Part shown: positions 37,830-50,599 of the stretch, piece by piece
How positions within the stretch are numbered: the stretch's first letter is position 1
How the letters are laid out: each line of letters starts with the position of its first letter
Source of the DNA: Vicugna vicugna
Taxonomy: Eukaryota
Length of the DNA stretch: 64,000 bases
Direction of reading: 5' to 3'
NCBI GenBank assembly: GCA_013265495.1
Contig: MU058451.1
Location: forward strand, 2,413,305 to 2,477,304
Notes under the pieces: generated by a model
Told to the model about the DNA's origin: nothing
The model's input: only the letters and a program-made list of their open reading frames with translations
Database searches by the model: none
Position numbers and translations under genes: made by a program

Positions 37830-39650
37830 TGGTAAGAGGAAACCGGCACTCTTAACACCAAGGTTGATGACAGTGCAAAAGACAGATTGGGCTTATACAT
37901 CAAAATGAAAAATGTCCTCATCCTTGACTCAGAATTCCCACATTTAGAAATTAACTCTGAGGAGATAATTCAACAAGTAGGGAAAGAGATATGTGCAAGG
38001 ATTTTCATGGCAGTATTTTTTTATGGTAGTACAAAGTTGGATATTAAGTTAAAATTAAATCAAAGTTTTTTGGCAAGAAAATAAAGGTACATACATACAA
38101 TGGCACATATGCAGTTGTTAAAAATGGTCATTCACTTAATATAAAGCTACAATAAAGCTATTAAAAATTACCATTCATTTAATATAAAGTAAGGTAATAT
38201 TAGCATAAAGATTGGCAAATAGATTAACGGAACAGAACAGAGAGCCCAGAAACAGACCCACGCTTACATGATTGTTTGATTTTCAACAAAACATCAAAGT
38301 AACCCAACTATGTTAGGAATCCTAACTGAATATGTATAAAAAAACAAACAAACAAAACCTCAACAGGCAAAGATTTCTTAAAATGGAGATAAATAATCAT
38401 CAAATTAAAAAACATAAGTTGGACTACATCAAACTGTAACTCAATGTTAGAGCGCGTGCTTGGCATGTACAAAGTCCTGGGTTCAATCCCCAGTACTTCC
38501 ACAAACAAAAAAATATTAAAAACTGTGTCCATGAAAATATATTGATAAGAAGATGAATAAGAAAGCCAGAGACTAAGAAAAATATTGCAAAGCATATACG
38601 ACAAAGGATTGGTATTTAGGATACTAGTAAAGAACTCCTATAATTTAGTAACAAAAAGACAAATGATCTATTTTAAAATGGACAAAAACTTGAACAGACT
38701 CTCCACAAGGAAAGATATATGAATGACCAATAAACACACATTAAAGTATTCAACATCATTAGTCACTGGGGAATGACAAATTAAAATCATAACAAGATTA
38801 TCATTAAACACCCACCATTATGGATAAAACTAAAAGGGACAGCACCAAATGTTGACAAAGATGTACAGCAGGTGAATTCTTGTGCATGGCTGGTGGGAGT
38901 ATCAAATGGTGTTTTATATAAAATGTACACCTACCCTATGACCTGGCAATTCCACTCTTAGGGATTGGTCCAAGAGAAACGGAAATAAATCCATAGAAGA
39001 CTTGTACAAGTTCACAGCAGCTGTACTCATGGTAGTTAAAATCTGCAAACTGCTCGTGTTTATCAAAACGAGAATGAATAAACAAACTGTGGCATATTTG
39101 TGCCATGAAATACTTAACTATTTGGCAATAAAAAGAAACTACGGATACATGCAACAACATGGATAAATCCCAAAAATGTTTTGCTGAGTAAAAGCAGCGT
39201 TACACAAACAAGTGTATATACTATATGAGCTCACTGATATGAAGTTTGGAACAGACAAAACTAATATATCATGGAATAGCACCAGAACAATGGTTGCCTT
39301 TGATGATGGTGAGGGCTGGGATTTACTAAAGAGGGACCTGAGAGAGTTTCTTACGGTGATGGTAATATTTTATATCTTGACAGGGGTTTGAGTTACACAG
39401 GCATATGGTTAGAACTTGTCAACTGGTACACTTTAGGATTTCATTGTATATTTGTGTATTTTATTGTATGTAAATTTTACCTCAAAAGGAAAAAAAGGAA
39501 CCATAAACAAATACTGAACTCAAGTTATTGACATGCATGTGAAATCCTTGGAGGGGAGGAGTATATGAATGTCATTCCTTTCTTTGAAATGCATCCCCCA
39601 AAGATAGGTTAACACGAGAAATGCTTAGAGACATATATGATGAGGCAAGG
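37830..39650 (+). mobile_element. L1 cluster: older fragment (~37830-38130) plus L1MD-like ORF2 end and 3' UTR (~38190-39650)
   Basis: ggaacagaacagagagcccagaaacagaccca, acacctaccctatgacctggcaattccactctta, ttattgtatgtaaattttacctcaa and a 3' extension. Confidence 0.85.
38435..38520 (+). mobile_element. 5'-truncated Vic-1-type SINE inserted in L1
   Basis: tgtaactcaatgttagagcgcgtgcttggcatgtacaaagtcctgggttcaatccccagtac; aaactgt is present on both sides. Confidence 0.8.
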
Positions 39651-41216
39651 TCAGCAGTCATGATTGCAGGTGATTTACAATAAGCATGTATAATTTTTCA
39701 ATTTACAAAGTGGCATTTTACCTCTACTAACAGATACTTCTTTCATCTTTGTATGCAATGAAGTTTAATGATTGAATAATTTTCAAGTCCATCTTTGGCA
39801 AATGTCAAAAGAAGGTATTAAATAAAACCAGTTCAGTTTGATCAGTGGAGCTGAATATCAAAGTTTGTCATGTTTTTGAACAAGATAAAAATGCAACGGT
39901 GGTTGTACCACCTTCTATTAAACATCTATGACATGGCTCAGAGGAAAGACTCTTTTAAAAATAATCTATATTAACAATAAACTGTAAGCCACTTGCACTG
40001 GAATTAGAAATATAAAATTATTAAGAAATAATGTTACCTTAAATTTTAATGGAAAGTTTGTTATTAACACTTTGAATTTTATCAATCGCTGACTTAAATG
40101 CATGCAGAAGGAAAAACAACATTTTTCCAATTGTGTTGTGTCAACAAAATGGAGATAAATAAGTCACCAGACACAGTAGAACCCCCCAGGGTCATGTATA
40201 ATAAGAGTATCTTATTATAATCTCAGAGTTCCTTTATTGTATATTTATAATAAAAATCTAAATTGTGCTCTCATTTCTAAATTAATATATTCTAGTGATA
40301 AAAGGAAGAGTTTTTACTCTTTATTTGCTGGGTATTATCTTTTATTTGCAATTGAAACAATAAATCTACTTTTATATTACATTCTGGGATGACTGGCTAT
40401 AGCCCAAAATACCATGCACGGAAAATGATCTGTGCAATTTAGAAGTGGACCAGTCTCTTGAGGTATTCTAAGCACCAAATATATTACTATATATAAAATT
40501 TGATGAAATATAGGGCCATATGTTTATGGTATTCCATAATTTACAGATATTATATTAAGCATGCTACTCAATGTTATAAAAACCACATAACAGGCCTCAG
40601 AAGGATTTCTTTATTTTGTTGAGTGGGAGAATGTACTTTCTCTCAGTTATACAAATACTTAGCATCATACATCAATAAAGTAAAAGTCCTCTGCCGTTTA
40701 ATTGGAATTGAAGGGTATTTTTTTCTTCACTAGTTAATGAGTATAAGAAATGGTCAAAATAGTAAAAAGAATTTTTCTAACAAGCTATTTTAAAAAACAC
40801 GTATCAGTTACTTTACCAAACGATTTCATTACTTATTTAATGTCCTCTCTACTTAGTGTAACATAGAGTCTTCCAGTCATCGAACAAAATGCCAATAAAA
40901 AGTCATACCTTTTTCATCACCTTAATTTAAAGACATGGGCTCTTAAATCATAAACTACGAGAGGGAGTAACTCACAAAGCTCTCTCTATATAACATATAT
41001 GTGTATAGTTAACGCTAATTCTTGGGTTTATCTCATGAAAAATGTGACTATAAAATAACAATGATTAAAATACCTCATAAATTATGTATACAAATGAGCA
41101 CCGTCTGAATATTCATCTAGAGAAACAACAATGGATACAGTTAATGAATTCCATTTCAGAGCTGTCTTTCAGAAGATTGTCTCCCTCAAGGGTGGGTGCT
41201 CTCCCTCTCCCTCTCT

Positions 41217-41246
41217 CACGCACACACACACACACACACACACACA
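41217..41246. repeat. (CA)n microsatellite
   Basis: Direct reading. Another lies at 43571-43596, and a (GT)n at 56139-56165. Confidence 0.9.
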
Positions 41247-41574
41247 TACAAAGTTGGCTTCTTTTATGCTCACACTTTCAGACACAACAACAGTACTTAG
41301 CCAGCATCTCCAAATACCTTGTAGTTATTTTTAAAAAATCAAAGCCACCACAAAAAGTGATAAAGTTGCTACCAAAAGGATATTTGGAAAATTCTGAAGA
41401 CATTTCTGAAAGTGGAAACTTAGATGTATCACTAAAATAAACACACAGTGCCTCCCAGGACCCTAAGATGACCACTTTGGAGGAACCAGTGCTTTACTGA
41501 GACGTACACGCTCTGGCATGTGAGTGCGTCTGTGTGTGTTTTAACTGCCACGTTGGCAGGAAGTGCCAGGATGG

Positions 41575-41690
41575 GAAGGACTGTGTCAGAAGTCTGGAGT
41601 TTCAGCTCTGCCATTTGTAAGCTGTGCAAGTTTGGGTAAGTCCCTTCACTTCTCTGGGTTTCAATTTCCTCACCTTTAAAATGAGTTTAT
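41575..41690 (+). mobile_element. MIR SINE, interrupted by MER33 and resuming at ~42014-42050
   Basis: gtcagaagtctggagtttcagctctgccatttgtaagctgtgcaagtttgggtaagtcccttcacttctctgggtttcaatttcctcacctttaaaatg. Confidence 0.8.
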
Positions 41691-41696
41691 CTGGAC

Positions 41697-42013
41697 CAGC
41701 ACAGCCCAATAGAAATATCATGTGGGCTACATATGTAATTTTTATAGCCACATTTAAAAAGTAAAAAGAAACATATAAAATTAATTTTAATAATATATTT
41801 TATTTGACCCAGTATGTCCCAAATTTTATCATTTTAACATTTAATCAATAAAAATCATTATGGGATCTTTCTTACACATTTTTGGGGGGGTACTAAATCT
41901 TTGAACCCCTGTGTGTATTTTACACTTACAGCACACATCCCAGTTTGGGCTAACCACAGTTCAAGTGCTCGATAGCCGAATGTGGTTAATGGTTAACACA
42001 CTGGACAACCTGG
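41697..42013. mobile_element. hAT-Charlie MITE (MER33-like)
   Basis: cagcacagcccaatagaaatat...ttcaagtgctcgatagcc...ctggaca. 8-bp TSD atctggac / atctagac. Confidence 0.85.
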
Positions 42014-43996
42014 ATCTAGACAGTTGCTAACAGTTCCTTTCATCTTAAAAACTTACTACTTTGCTGTCAAAAATTAATACATTAACCACAAAATTAGTAT
42101 AAAATTCAGCACAAGTATATGAAAATCACAGATTAAATGCTTCCATGGAACCTCTACTTTCATCAGGAAAGATTCATTAATATCCTATCTTATCTGGCAT
42201 TTTTAAACTCTGGACGATTTTTCCTAACATTGAACAATCATTAAGACGTAAAGAACTGGCAATTACCTTCTGAACTCAACCCCACAGAGAGTGGATTACT
42301 TAATCTATTAAATTGGCTTGAGTCTACTAATAATTGCCAAGTCCCCATTTCATATTATATGATGCAGATTTGGCCTTAATCTGAAGCTTAGATCTTTATG
42401 CAATCATAAAAATAATGACGGTTTTTCAAATGAATAAACATTCAAAATGATGACTACAGTGATAAAGCCTATTTAATTTCTGCTTTGTTTCACTTAGTCC
42501 AAATTACTAGGGCTATCAGAGTTTTCTATTAGTGAAGCACAACACAAGTGAATCAAAGTTCAATAATGGATATCACTGTCAATTCTTGGGGGCTTATTAC
42601 GGGAAAGGTCATATTCATTAAAACAGGTAGTAATATTCAATAATATTTCCTTAATAATAATTGAGAAAAACGTATAAACCACTAGCTATCATGTCATTAG
42701 TCATTTAGTAACTTAAAGGCTGGAGTAGAAACTACTGGCATCACAGGACAACTTCTCAGTTATCAATTATACCTGCAACAGACTCCCACAAATAATCTAC
42801 CTCCAGGTACAATTGAACATCATCTCAATCAGCTTATGAGTTTGTTATACCAAACTTTACAAAAAAGCTCTCTGACATTGCTATACTCTTTTTTTTTTGC
42901 TATAATCTTTTGAAACTTCACTTTCCCCCTCAAACTTATAATCTGATAATAATAGCACACTCAAGTGTTTCTGTATCATTATAAACCATTATATAACCAA
43001 ATTCTTATTTTTAAAAAAATTGCTAATAGAACATCCCACGTGCTCTGTCAAAATATAAAACCTGTTCCTGCAAATCTCCAAGATGTATTTTGACATTATA
43101 TATAGTGAAAGCTGACATTAATTCATATTTACAGGCAACATAGCAACATTACTCATCCTTCAACAACTAGTATAACATACACAGTATTTGTAAATTTGCC
43201 TATAAGATAAAACATGGTTATTTGACGTCAACTTTCTACATGACTTATATTATTTAAGGAGCATTCAGCAGAGCCAGTCTGACACATATACTGTCTCATT
43301 TCTGGAGGAAAAAAGGTAAGCATTCTTGCTATCCTGCAGTCATCTATAATTAATTCCTCCAGGCAATTATCTTTTACATGTCAGAGGCCAGGGAAGAAAG
43401 TAATAAAGGCAAAGTCAGAAAACTTTTAATGTTGTGTGGCCCCTGCCAAGTGTACTGCCTGGCACTTCTGGGATATGCATGTTTGTTGCAAGAACAGTCA
43501 TACAGCATCTACACTGTACATGTAAGTGTGTAAACACTGCAGCCTGCATGCATTCTACCTATAAAGAAATACACACACACACACACACACACACAATACA
43601 TGCACTGGGCAGGCATGTTTCCTTTTTAATTTGAGAAATGTGTTGTTAAGAATTTTTAATCTGATTCTGAAGTCTGAATCATAGCTCTCCATTTGGGTAG
43701 CATCAACACTGAAGTCTCTTCCCAGCTTTCATTCATCATGCACTCCATTCATTCATCGAGTATTTACCTAACCGGCACTGTAACAGGTGTGGGTCTGTTA
43801 CAAAAAGAGTAAGTATATCATGAAGACAAACACAAAGACCAGTCACTAGCGTTTTGGAAACAAGGGAATTGCTGTTTGGGGAGATTAAGAAACTTGCTCA
43901 AGGTAATCTATCCTATAAATACAAGAACCAAGTGTCAGATCTCAAGCTATACGTCTTCCAACCGTCCCTGAGCCATACCTAGAGCTGGTAAGGGAG

Positions 43997-44451
43997 TGTG
44001 ATGGTTAATTTTATTTGTCAACTTGGCTGGGCTGCGATGCCCAGCTGCTTGGTCACAACACTGGTTTAGACGTTGCTGTGATGCTATTTGGTAGATGTAC
44101 TTAATATTTATAATCATTTGACTTTAAGTAAAGGAGGTTATCCTGGATAATGTGGGTAAGCCTCATCTAATCAGCTGGAGATCTTAAGAGCAGAATCAGG
44201 TTTTCAGAGAAGAAGCAATTCTGCCTCAAGCCCATAACACAGAAATCCTCTCTGAATTTCCATCCTGCCAGCCTGCCCTACAAATTTCAGCCTCGGGAAT
44301 GCAACATCAACTCTGTATTTCCAGCTTGCTGATCTGCACTACAGACTTCGGACTTGCCAGCCCCCACAACTGCATGAACCAACTATTTAAAATGTCTCTG
44401 TCTACATATACATCCTATTGGTTGTTTCTCTGGAGAACCCTAACTGATACA
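43997..44451 (+). mobile_element. ERVL solo LTR (MLT2D-like)
   Basis: Starts tgtgatggttaattttatttgtcaacttggctgggc and ends cctattggttgtttctctggagaaccctaactgataca. Confidence 0.9.
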
Positions 44452-44459
44452 AGCAGTCA

Positions 44460-44780
44460 TAGCTAAATACAGAGCTTGGCAAAACATCAAAATGTGGACG
44501 ATAATGCAATTCATGGAAGTGGATTGGACACAAAAGGAACCAAGGTCCCAAGGGTGAAACTTGGGTACAGCAGCAGTTAAGTGACCAGGAGAAGATAAGG
44601 AGTTAAAAGGAAGAGCTAAGTCAAGGCAAAAGAGGTTTTTGTGAAGGACGGAAGCAATTCTGCAGAAAGGTCAGACAGGATGAGGGCTGAGTGCAGGCTC
44701 TGGTATTTGGCGAGGAGGGGACAACAGTGACCATGGCCAGGGCAGCTGGAATGGTGGTTGGAATGGAAACCATACTGTGT
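44460..44780 (-). mobile_element. L2 fragment
   Basis: caaggtcccaagggtgaaacttggg...ctgcagaaaggtcagacaggatgagggctgag...cagtgacc. Confidence 0.55.
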
Positions 44781-47249
44781 TCATTGAGTGTTTACCAGTA
44801 AATATGAGTGTTTACCAGTAAATAAAAGGTGGGAAAATGGAAAGAGTCTGGCCATTGAGGAAAGGGAGAAAATAATACAATAGCTCAAAAAGGAAGGTAT
44901 AGTGGAGGGGGCAGGTTTTTTAGAATGAGGGAAAGAAGCCACTGCAGAAGATAAAGGCAGATGGCAGCTGTTGAGGAACCAAGTCCAGGAAGACACAGAC
45001 TATCCCAGCATACGGGCTCCAGACCTCAGGGGTAGGGAACAGACGAGCAGCGTACAGGTAAGAGACGCTCTCCGGGGTTGCTCTGAAGCTCAGGCCCCAT
45101 CTCCCCTTCATTTCATTTATCCTTTATTTCCTCAGGGAATTCAGAGGTGAGGATTTCGTTGGGAGTCCTTATTAAATAATATATGTGTCTAGTGCTATCA
45201 GGGATACAAAAAAGCATGAGACCCATTCGCTACCAGTCTACTTACTTCTCCAGCTAATGTGGCCTGGTATATATTTAGTCACTAAACAAACACAGAGTTT
45301 TAACCATTCCTAGGGTTAAATTATTACTAGCATTGGGTTATACAGTATATTGTGGGAAACCTTTAGCAAAATACACTCATTTCTGCCTGTAATTAGTAAA
45401 AAGTATTACGGGTCTTCTACTTTTCATTATTTGTAAAAAATTTTTAAAAGAAGTGTGAAAACAAGATTTCTGATACACAGTTTGGTTATAATTCCAATGA
45501 TAAAATACCTGCATGATCTTAGCGTCCACAAGGAGAGCACTAATACAATATATGAGCATGATAAAATAGCACAGGGTACTGTAATCTTATTCTGTTCAAA
45601 TGTTTAGAAGACTACACTTGAGACTAGTATGATATGATCAATAAGTCTTCTCTTTTATTATTTTCTAGCTGTGAATATAAAGTGATTAGACAAATAATAT
45701 GTAACTAGTTTTCCCTTAAAATATAAAGGAATTTGCACAATTTTCTTACATTCTATTAAACGAGGAGATGGGTGGTTAGAGGCTAAAGCCTTTAGGTTCT
45801 CCAGTGATGCATTAACTAAACCAAAAGGACAACTTTACTCATTTCAAAATGTTTTATTATAACAGCAATCTTCGAAGGCAAACACAAAAGATTCTACCAT
45901 GCTTAGATTTTAAAACATAAATAACCAATTTAATGCATCACTAATGATGTACAATAGATGTCTTCTTGTAGCACCAATTCAAATAAGAGACTGATGTAAT
46001 CTGCCAGATACTTCAAAGTAACTACTTTGGTAATAAGAAAACACTTCTATTGTGCAAACTTTCCTACTAAAAAGAAGTTGCGGAAACCTTCCCAGTTGGA
46101 TGTTTACTAAGTAAAAGTGTTGAGCTCTCATTAAGATGTTATTTAATAAGAAAAAGAGAACTAAGTACTTTAGATCTTAAAATTTTATCTTGAATAACGT
46201 TAGGCTTTTAAACGGAAATGTATCTCTATACAAAGTAGATATCAATGGCAGAGTATGACCTATTTTAGAATTGTGTATTTATAGTCAATGTATTTATACT
46301 CAGTGTCTTCAAATTTTAAATATCTGTTACGTTTGTTGCTATTATGTTATACACTCCATATACACACACTCCAGATGCCTTATCTATGAAGTAAGTGTAC
46401 TAGCACATTTCACTTCTCTATAAATCTTCCCCAGCAAGAATAAATAAAACGTTTCCCAGATTCTAGATTTCTGAAGGTAGAGGCTTAGCTCAGTTTCCTG
46501 AGCATACTCTATTCTAACATTTAACGTATTTTTCCAGGAAAAGAACCTTAGACTTCTCTCTGCCTTTCTTCTCTCTTATCTATCATGGCATCTATCATTC
46601 CAGCCTTAATAGAAAAAAAGAAGCAAGAAATTCAACTAAGATTTCCAAAGCATGTTTAATAAGATTATTGTTCTTTGACCAAGGCCATTTGCAATCTGTC
46701 TTTTGGTCCACAAATGTCAAGCAAAATAGAAATGTAAATTAAGACGTTTTCAATTTTCTGTTGTTTCTTCCCCAGGAGCAGCTAATCCTGGGAAAGTACC
46801 TATTATTCCACAAAGGAACAAGGAGTTTCCATTTGTGTAGCCACTGCAAAGGGGTGTCCAGAAGTGGCACACAGGAGATGATACTTAGGGGTCTTTTCAA
46901 TGGTTTTCAAAAGACCCAGGACCTAATTATCTAAGATTTTTATGGCTAACGATAGAGGGGCAGAACTGACACCCAAGATGTTACAGTAGGATTTTCCTTA
47001 ACTGCATAATATTTTAGACTGTATCTTCTCAATTAAAGAAAAAACCTAAATGATTTGAACCATGTAGTGATAAATTGTATTATCAAGTGGGCAGCACTGT
47101 ATTATTTATTCTACAGAATTTTAGAACTAGAAAAATAGTAGTCCTTGAATTAATTTGCTTGATTATTTCTTGCTTAATATTAATTGTTGTATATGCCCTA
47201 CGCCAGTACATTAGCCATAATTGCTTCGCATGTCTGCAGATTGTCATGA

Positions 47250-47745
47250 CTTCTCATGACCCGCTGGATGAAGTCCAAATTCTTTGTCCTGGTGTCCAAG
47301 ACACTTCATAGTCTGATCTCTAGCTCACTCTCGCCCTGGTTCCCACTAATATCTGCAGACCAATGCTACACTTTAACCAAAGGGTTCTGTCCCCTAAATG
47401 AGCCTCGCCCCTCCCTCTCCGTGCCTGGGCTCAGGCTTGCCCAGCTGCCAGAGCAAATACCTTTCACTAAATGCCTTTTTTCTCTATTCAGAGGGAAGTC
47501 TGGTTCATCCTTCTTCTACAGAGAAGGCCACCTTCTGCATAAAATTTTCCTAGTCAAAGAAGTTCCTTAAACATTTTGCTTATATTCAGCATAGGTCAGA
47601 TATCTTTAATTTGCATTACAGATTTTATTCCAATCATGGTCATCAATCTTTAGGGACAGCACCCGTTTCTTATGTACACCTTTAGACACAGATCATCACA
47701 CTGCCTTGTATGCAGCAGACATCCAAGAAAGGTTTATTGAGTTAA
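47250..47745 (+). mobile_element. L2 3' fragment
   Basis: ggatgaagtccaaattctttgtcctggtgtccaagacacttcatagtctg...aggtttattgagttaatt. Confidence 0.55.
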
Positions 47746-49452
47746 TTAACTTTTATGTAATCATAATCTTTTATTCTGGATTTATTCTTATATGAGCGTT
47801 CATTGTAGAAACCATTGGCAAAACCTGTTACTGCCTGTAATCTCCTCTCAAAAGCAAACAATAGAAATGATTAATCTCTCAATTATAAATTCAATTGGAG
47901 GTGAGACTAGAGATCAGCCTCATTCATAAAACGAGACAGCAGAAGCCCATAACGATACTGAGGCCAGGGACTAAGCAATGGGCTCTGAATGAGAGGTTTC
48001 CTTGTAACTGTGAAAAAGATACACTGCATATCGAAGCGTGCATGGGGCATGTCATTTGGCATAAAATAGGAATGAATACCTGGTACACTGAAGTGCTTTA
48101 TAATGAAGTTTTGCTGAATATATGCCTTACTACTCTATTGAAGTGGTCAAATTTTAAAACCTCCAAATCAATGAGGCTTAAAGTAATAGCGAGGCTCATT
48201 TCCTGGGATGATACATGGGTCTCTGCTCAGAGTTCTGTCATCTACGTAAATTGAGAAGCCTGTAATGGAAGAATTAATAAAATAGGGTTTCCTTTCATGG
48301 AACTGACCTAATCAGTGAATCACAGTTTGAAAGTTACTCATCTAAAACATAACAAAACACCCAAGCACCTTGCCTCCTGTGTAAAAAGCAACAGTGTTGG
48401 TGGTGGTTGGGTTTTTTTTTTTTTTTTTTTTGAACACAGAGATACTGAATAAATATTTGTTGAATGGATGAATGGCTGCTTTTTTTTTTTATCAGAATAT
48501 TAAATAAGGACACTGTGACAAGTGATGCAATGCTAATATTTTAGCATGTACTTTAGGGGAAGAAACTAAAAATTTGCCCCTTGGCTGAGATTTGAGAAAT
48601 GTTCTCCCAGCTTTATACTGTTTCTGGTTCTGTAGGACAACAGTTCCAGGGAAACCCCATCGCCTTCTGATGGTTCTGGCCTGGGCTTATAAACTTTAGT
48701 GGGGGAGTCGGTTTCTGTTGGAGTAAAAGCAACAGTCAGCTGCCTTTCCAAAGATGTCTGAAGACAAAAGGACAAAACAGAAAATATATAAAAAGAAAGA
48801 AAAAAATACTCCTAAGAGAGGGAAAATCACTACTAGGGGTAACACTGAAAATAAAAGTGGACTATTATTTGGTGACCTGAACAAAGAAAATCTTTCAACA
48901 GCATACTCTACACACGCTATACTCTCTCAGGCGATCCTGAAGCTCATTCCAAGTTCCCTGTAATTAATGAGACCTCCAGAAACCTTTTATATTCATGCGA
49001 GTCAAGAGAAGAAAGCAACCTACAGTGAGAGATAATGGTTTAAAGAAGACTTGATAGCTTCCTGCAAGCTACGAGCAGGTAGAGTAACTTACTTAAAACA
49101 GAAGTGGTCATTTCATCAGGGTTCTTCAATAGTACGTATGTCCCAAGAACTCTTGGGACAAAACTGTGAATGAACCACTCTCATTTTCTCTTTGGTATCT
49201 GTGTAAATATTTTATATTTTACGTTGTGTCCCAAAACATTCGTAAGTGTTTGCTGCCAAAAATCAACACAAGGCATCCTTCCCCCTTCTTCCCCTCTACT
49301 CCACAGGAAACTTAAGGATCACCTAGACTGTGTACTGTTAAGTGTACAGAGTGTCTGAATTTTTCACAACGACAGTTTTAAGGGCACATCGTTTAGAAGT
49401 GACAAAGCACCGGGTAGGAGCCTGGCTGTGCTTTCTCTCCCACAGCCCACTT

Positions 49453-49466
49453 CTGCCACCTAGTGG
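49453..49466 (-). promoter_or_regulatory. Consensus CTCF core motif
   Basis: Minus strand reads CCACTAGGTGGCAG, fitting the CTCF core CCAC/G-YAG-R-K-GGC-R-S. Confidence 0.6.
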
Positions 49467-50599
49467 GGGAGGCAGTTTCATAGCTAGATTTGTGTTCTGC
49501 ATGAGAATTGTCTCCTTCGTTGAAGATCTAAGAGCAAAAGTCAGCATCTTATTAGAAAATGATCGTACACATTTTCCTTTCATGTTGGGAATTTTAGATA
49601 GAGTTTTTTTGGAATAACCTGAAGTAACTTCTCCAAGCTGATCTGTTCCACATCTATTGGTTTTCTTTCAAGCAGTTAGTTTTCACTACAACGATTAAGC
49701 TAGAGGATTCAAGGTCAACAAAACCTCCTTATATGAATATGTCACTTGTAATTTTAAAAACAAACAAACAAACAAACAAACAAAAAACTTTGATCTTTTC
49801 CTGGTTTCCAATCGTTCTCCATTCCCTTACCTTGCGGGATTTTACAAGGTCTACGTTTTGGCTCATTCCTGTGTTTTATACCTTTGTGGGGACTAAATAT
49901 TTATCTTCATCTCTAATTTCTCATTATGGGTCTAGTCTCCAACCTTTGGTTATTTACTGAGTATCATCCCTGGAACTGACATTTAATGTGTCAAAACCCC
50001 AAGTCATCATCCTCCAAAAGAATTTAGCATGGGCTTTCCATTCTGAGCCGGTGTGGCAGGCTTCATCAGAGCCAGACTGCAGTTCAGGGTTAAAGATGGC
50101 AGAAAAAAAATTGTTTTTTAAGTACATAAAAATTATTGAAAGAAGTTAAGCAAAGGGAGCCATCAGAAGTCAGGATCAGTTTACTGGGCTTGGTGGGAAG
50201 AAACATGATGACCAAGAGTTTGGGTGGAGCAATAATAACGAACAGGAATTGAGGTCAGGAACATAGGAAATTTGAGGCAGGTTTGCAAAGCTTAAAACAA
50301 AGAAAGTTGGAAATAAGAGGCAAGAGAGTTTGGAGAAAGTATTAGAGCACAAATCCTCAGGCTTTGGGTAAATGCAAAGATTGAGAGGGCTGAGCACCAC
50401 CAGAGACGAAGTCCTGTGCCTAGAAGTATGTGGTGGAATTAGTTTTGCACCCAAATTTGTCCAAAGAGTAACCTCCCCTCCCACCCCCAATCCCCATGGA
50501 GTCTGCTGGAGAATTTCTTGAAGTTCCTGACCCAATTAAATGGTTGCTTACCAAACGTTTCATGATCATGATTGGCCTTATAATCCTCTTGGTCTCTTT

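Noticed and set aside
40197..40219. 10-bp perfect hairpin tataataaga-gta-tcttattata (similar ones near 7245, 33112 and 63004)
   Set aside because: Short and AT-rich; a few are expected by chance in 64 kb.
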